Source: the human T2T-CHM13v2.0 reference genome, Homo sapiens
Strand: one strand, 5' to 3'
NCBI RefSeq assembly: GCF_009914755.1
Contig: NC_060947.1
Length of the DNA stretch: 64,000 nucleotides
The translations under genes and the position numbers were made by a program. Positions within the stretch are counted from its first letter, which is position 1. The number at the start of each line of letters is the position of its first letter. Positions 57,847 through 64,000 of the stretch are shown in pieces. The notes below the pieces were generated by a model. That model did not search any database. It saw only the letters and a program-made list of their open reading frames with translations, and was not told the DNA's origin.

Positions 57847-58779
57847 TAAATTCAACCTTTTTTTAAAGTTTTCCTCATTAACTGAATTGGGCACTTCCCC
57901 CCCTATAATCTCTTACATAATTTGTTTTAATTCTTTTGACGTATGCATTACATACCACCCTTGTATTGGAACTATGTATGTATCTCTTTTTCATTCACTC
58001 CCCTTTCCTTCCCTGTCCCATTCCTTAAGAGAACTGTTATCTTCCATGAGGGAAGCACTCCTGCAACTTTTACGTGTATGTGTGTTTGTCACCATCTTCT
58101 ACCACGTATTAATGTCACATATTAATGTGCCAGCCCATATTAGTGTCTCATTCTATGAATGAATGAATAAATTAATGAAGAATGAATTATGTATGTAATG
58201 TAGTTCAACTTACTACATAACACCAAGTAAACTAAACCATCCAAGATAAGTTTTTGAATCAAAGCCACCATCCTACTAATAAATATGGTTTCTTTTGTAT
58301 AAAGGTGCTAGAATTCCTAGCCAAATATTTTATTAGTGTTCTATGCCAAAACTTCCATTCATCAATGACTTATTTCAATGATAATTACTTCAAGTCTCTG
58401 AGTGTAGGTATCAGATGTTGAATATTAGTATCCTGGTGCTCAAGGAGTCTTTCACAGGCTTTTACATATGCTTCTCCATGTGATTCCAATTTTAGCATAC
58501 AAATCTTTTATTTACTATCAACCTACTTAGTCTACTTGTTGAGAAAAAAGTGTTCATCATATTTCTTGATTCTGCATATCTTATCAATTGCAATTTTTCT
58601 GCTCTATTAATGTTTAGATAGAGAGGAAAATTAGGGAAGGACACCAATCCTGTGTGTAAGACAAAACTGGAAGTCATTCACAAATACAATATGCATCAAA
58701 TGTTTTCTTCTGAGTGGTTCTATATTGGTTCTAAATATAATAGTACCAGCTTATATGAAAAGCATGAGGGATTGGCCTC

Positions 58780-58962
58780 ACCAGTTTTTATCAAATGTAA
58801 GATGCTATTAATTTCAAGATGCATCACTCTTTTATGAACCACAAAGGAAGAAAAGAAATGCTGCCAAATTAACAATGATGTTGTTGATCATAAGTTATAT
58901 CTTGATTTCAGAGATATTAAAATGGGTTTAGAATGTATGTCTTAGAATAGACGAAATATAGT
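58780..58962. mobile_element. MER104-like (Tc2-type) DNA transposon fossil
   Basis: TTGATTTCAGAGATATTAAAATG...TCTTAGAATAGACGAAATATAG|TA, with a degenerate inverted left end. Confidence 0.6.
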
Positions 58963-59739
58963 ATTTGTTCAGTAAGTATGGAGTGCATTCTCAATGCTCT
59001 ATTACTTTCAACATTGATATGCTTCTTTTACAAATGGTGAAGATATGATAGGGTGTTTGTGACACATGCTTTTCTAGCAATCTGTCTAAAACCTAGCATG
59101 CATTGCAAGACATGTCACTGCAACTCTGCATGTGCTACCACAGCTTTCCAGAAGGTAACATGCATCCCACAAAGCTTCCAAATTTCTTTTCAGACCGTTT
59201 TATTGGCCTGATGGCAAGCTAACTCAAAGCAGTTTGCCATACACAGAACACATTCACCAACCTTGGTATAATGTTCCCTCCGCTTCTTTCTAACAAGTCA
59301 CATTTTGCCTTTTAAGGTTATCCATCATCCAGTGTTTTAAAGCATTTTGCTTTCAATGAGGTGGCACAAAAAACCATATTTTTACAATAGCCCTAAGTTT
59401 TAATGGCAGGCAAAGAGAATATGACTACATATCTCAGCAGACAATTAGAGTAAGGAGGGTGAGGTAAGAAGAGTGGTGCAATGGAACCGTGAAGATAGGG
59501 AGCCCTGACCCTTTCATTTTCTGTTCCGTACATATTTGACCTTCAGTCCTGCAATTGCAGAAAACAAACTGCCCAATCTTACCCATGGGACATTTTGTAA
59601 TTACTTTCTTGTCTCTTCTCTTATGGGTGCATTGTCTAGCACATAGTACTTCTGCTACTGATAGCTCATATTTATCTAGCACTCATTATGTGCCTGACAG
59701 TATTCTGTTTCACATATATTAATTAAACTGATTAACTTT

Positions 59740-60310
59740 TTAAAATAAACTTTTTATTTTGAATTAATTTTAGTTTTACAAAAACATTGCAAAGATAATA
59801 CAGAGTTCTCATACATTTTTTATCCAATTTTGCTAAATGCAATGTTAACGTATTATACAACTGTGGTACATTCGTTAAAACTAAGAAATTAATATTGATA
59901 AATTACTGTAAACTAAACTCCAGACTTCATTTGGATTTCACCAGCTTCTCCACTAATGTTCTTTTTCTATTTCAGGATCCAATCCCTGTTGGATCCATAT
60001 TGCATTTAATTGTCATATCTCCTTCACCTCTTTGGATCTGTGAGAGTTTCTCAGTCTTTCCTTGTTTTCCATGACTATCACACTATTTTTTTCAGAGATG
60101 GAGTCTCATTGTGTTCCCCAGGCTGGATTTGAATTCCTGGGCTCAAGCAATCTTCCTGCCACAGTGTCCCTAGTGGCTCCAACTATAGGCATACACCACA
60201 CCCGGCATGACTATCACACTTTTGAAGATTACCGATTGAGTATTGCATAGGATATCCTTTCATTTGAGTTTGCCTGCTGTTCTTCCGATGATTGGACTTT
60301 GGTTATGGGT
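59740..60310 (-). mobile_element. L1MC-type 3' end containing an Alu monomer
   Basis: TAAACTTTTTATTTTGAA...TTGCAAAGATAATACAGAGTTC...CAGGATCCAATCC. Confidence 0.85.
60086..60206 (-). mobile_element. FLAM-type Alu monomer
   Basis: Single left arm; TSD CATGACTATCACACT on both sides. Confidence 0.9.
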
Positions 60311-62493
60311 AACTCATCCACTTTTCACAACAGCCTATAAGACGGTACTATTATGATTCTCTTTTATAGATGAGGCACTGAGGGAGAGAACAGTTGAGTA
60401 ATTTGAAGGCCTGGGTGCTTGAATCCAGAGGGTCTGGTTATAGACCTAAAGCTCATAATCACTATGTTATTATTGAGTTATAATTTCTAAATTTGAATCT
60501 TGACACACTACATACTAACTCATATTTATTGGTATCAGATCACTCAACTGTGAAGCAGGAATGATCATTTTACTTACCTCATATGGCAATGCTTAGCACA
60601 GTATCTCGGTCACACCAAATTTCTGGAAGATGTTAGCTGTTAGTTTTACTTAACTGTTTGCCATTATTTTTCAGGAAGCTGGCCATGTTAATTTTCTGAA
60701 CTGCACAATCACAATTTTGTGAACCTTAAGGTGTTCTGAAATTACGGGCTCGTTGATTCTGCCCTTTGTCTTGCTTCTCAAAGAAGGTGTGCTGGCACTC
60801 CATTTAAGTGCTTTATTTGTCAGGAGAAAGTGCTCATTTGAATCTGAAAAGCAATCCATGTACAAAGGAAGAAAACTTGGAAACCCTGATAGTCTCTGCA
60901 TGTTTGAGAATCAATGAAAAAAGTAATGCCACTTTCCACATGTGCTTTTAGAATTCTAGGAATAGATCAGTCTCAGGTTATACTACAGGAATAATATCTT
61001 TAAATAACACCATAGAAAAACATTCCAAAATTGTTTGGTAGTGGACTGTGTCTACACAGATACTTATACATGTTTTTTGGAAGGTCATATTATGACATAT
61101 AGCAATATCAGAATTTCTACACCAATAGCATTAAATGATAATCCCTCTCTGTCAAACCGGAACATGTGTTGTAGGTAAGCATGTACATAACAGTGTCGAT
61201 ATCTTTGCCTGAAGTAAGAATATTGAGGGAAAATAAAAGCGTTATGAGATGTGTTCCTTTCATTTTAAAAAATGAAAAAATTACTCCAAAATGGTGTTAT
61301 GGACTCAACATTGATTCTCCTGGTTTCCAATCCCACACAGGTTGAGTTCTTACTACAACAAGGCATTTTCCTTGGTGCCATGTCCTAGATCATACTTTTC
61401 TGTTTAATGCAGAATTTTCTTCCAGGAGGCTAGAATGCTTGGAAAAGTGTTTGTCATATGTCGGAAAGTGAGCATTTTCTCTTATGAAAACTATTCGTGC
61501 TTTTATGTAAAAGTATTGAAAAGGAAACTTCACAAACCATAAGAAAATACCTGAAGAGGAGATAGAAAGCAATCCGGCTGGGGATCACGTAGCAAGTGTC
61601 TTCATTGGGCAGGGTAGAAACCTTGGCTACCTTTTGCTGCTTTCCAACTCTGAAATCCTAAGTTTCTCTGATGTTAAGTTACCTGGTTGTAATTATAAAG
61701 TGCTTATCATTCAGACGTATGTGAAATACTTGGAAGTCAGACTTCCTGCCAGTGTTTAACACTTTGGAAGGATCAATAAGTAGGCTTTATTCAGATATTC
61801 CAAATGGCCACCTTCTTGGTGTCATGTGACGCTATGTCTGTGGCCTATAATACATGTAGTTGTGATTAATTGACTTTTGTCCAGCATCCTGTATTTTCGG
61901 CTCTCTTTTAGCGGTGGCAAGCAATGGAAAACATTATTTCTTTGCTCAGATTTCTCACTATATGTGTAAAAAGGTGATATTGTGATTCCATGTTTCCAAA
62001 TGAGTGAGACTCTATGGACACCTTCCATATATTCCCTCCATATCAGGAGTAAAGAAAGGTATGTCCCAATTTAAATGGGAATTTAGCACCTCTATTAAAT
62101 TTTTCACACAGCTTCCATTCTGTATTTTTATGAACTATACCAAATCAAACATATTTATCTTTTTGTTCAGAGAAATGAACATGAACTCCTTATTTCTGTT
62201 AAACCTGCTTTTCTTGCAGTCTTCACTGTGTCGAGGATGTCTATTCCATCCCACTAGTTACTCCTAGGGAAAATCTTGGGGTTTAACTCCTTCCTCTCAC
62301 ACCTCACACCCTAACCATCAACAAATCCTCTTAGCTTTACCTCCACAGTATGTCCAGAATTCAGTCATTTCTCGTACCTCTCTTACAAGCACCCAGTTAA
62401 AGCCACCATCTTCACATTTAAAATTCCCTGTGTTAGCAATTTTGAGGTATACAATACATTATTACTAACTATAGTCACCTGGTTGTGTAATAG

Positions 62494-62878
<385 letters not shown>

Positions 62879-63900
62879 TTAATTTTTATTTTAGTTCAGG
62901 GATACATGTGCAGGTTTCTTATATAGATAAACTTGTGTCATGGGGGTTTGTTGTACAGATTGTTTTGTCACCCAGGTATTAAGCCCACTACCCATTAGTT
63001 ATTTTTTCTGATCCTCTCCCTGCTTCTATCCTCCACCCTCTGATAGGCCCCAGTGTGTGTTGTTCCCCTTTATGTGCTCATGGGTTCTCATCATTTAGCT
63101 CCCACTTATAAGTGAGAACATGTGGTATTTGGTTTTCTGTTCCTCTGTTAGTTTGCTAAGGATAATGGCCTCCAGCTCCATCCATGTTCCTGAAAAGGAC
63201 ATGATTTGTTCTTTTTTTATGGCTGCATAGTATTCCACGTTGTATAAGTACCACATTTTATTTATCCAGTCTACCATTGATGGGCATTTAGGTTGATTCC
63301 ACATCTTTGCTATTGTAAATAGTGCTGCAGTGAACATACACATACATATGTCTTTATGATAGAAGGATTTATATTCCCTTGGATATATACCCAGTAGTAG
63401 GATTGCTGGGTCAATTAGTAGTTCTGTTTTTAGTTCTTTGAGGAATCACCACACTGCTTTCCACAATGGATGAACTAATTTACACTCCTACCAACAGTAT
63501 ATAAGTGTTCCTTTTTCTCTGCAACCTTGCCAGCACCTGTTATTTTTAATAAATAACAGCACCTGTTGAGTTTTTAATAATAGCCATTCCGACTAGTGTG
63601 AGATCAGTTGCTTTTGGAATTTTCATCATGAAATCTTTGCCCGTTCCTCTGTCCAGAATGGTATTGCCTAGGTTGTCTTCCAGGAATTTATAGTTTGGGG
63701 TTTTACATTTAAGTCTTTAATCCATCTTGAGTTGATTTTTGTATATGGTGTAAGGAAGGGGTCCAGTTTCAGTCTTCTGCATATGGCTAGTCAGTTATCT
63801 TAGCACCATTTATTGAATAGAAAGTCCTTTTTTCCATTGCTTGTTTTCTTCAACTTTGTCGAATATCAGATAATTGTAGGAGTGCAGCTTTATTTCTGAG
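62879..63900 (-). mobile_element. L1PA 3' end with an internal deletion near 63604
   Basis: ORF 63095-63343 (MFTAALFTIAKMWNQPKCPS) is the ORF2p C-terminus; sequence jumps upstream in ORF2 after GTGTGAGAT. Confidence 0.93.
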
Positions 63901-64000
63901 CTGGTATTTATCTTTCTGTGCCTGGCTTATTTGACCTAGGATAATGTCCTCTAGATTCATCCATGTTGTTGCAAATGGCAGATTTTCATTCTTTTTTAAG

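Overview
AT-rich, CpG-depleted primate genomic DNA. AluY, AluS, AluJ, THE1 and L1PA elements point to human or another catarrhine. It looks like a large intron or intergenic stretch. I find no recognisable protein-coding gene, CpG island, tRNA, rRNA or CRISPR array, and the supplied ORFs are Alu, L1, LTR or microsatellite artefacts or chance ORFs. About 18 Alu-family pieces, many L1, L2 and MIR fragments, two THE1 solo LTRs, an MLT1 LTR and several DNA transposon fossils account for much of the window. The most notable structures are: (1) a near full-length HSMAR2 mariner hit by an Alu (apparently with a target deletion) and by an L1; (2) two L1 3' ends fused head-to-head into a ~700-bp imperfect palindrome; (3) multi-layer TE nests; (4) splice-site-bounded candidate non-coding exons, mostly on the minus strand; (5) TE-free, motif-dense blocks that may be enhancers. 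I see no evidence of a new biological system. Repeat family and subfamily calls rely on my recollection of consensus sequences, and boundaries are approximate unless a TSD is quoted.
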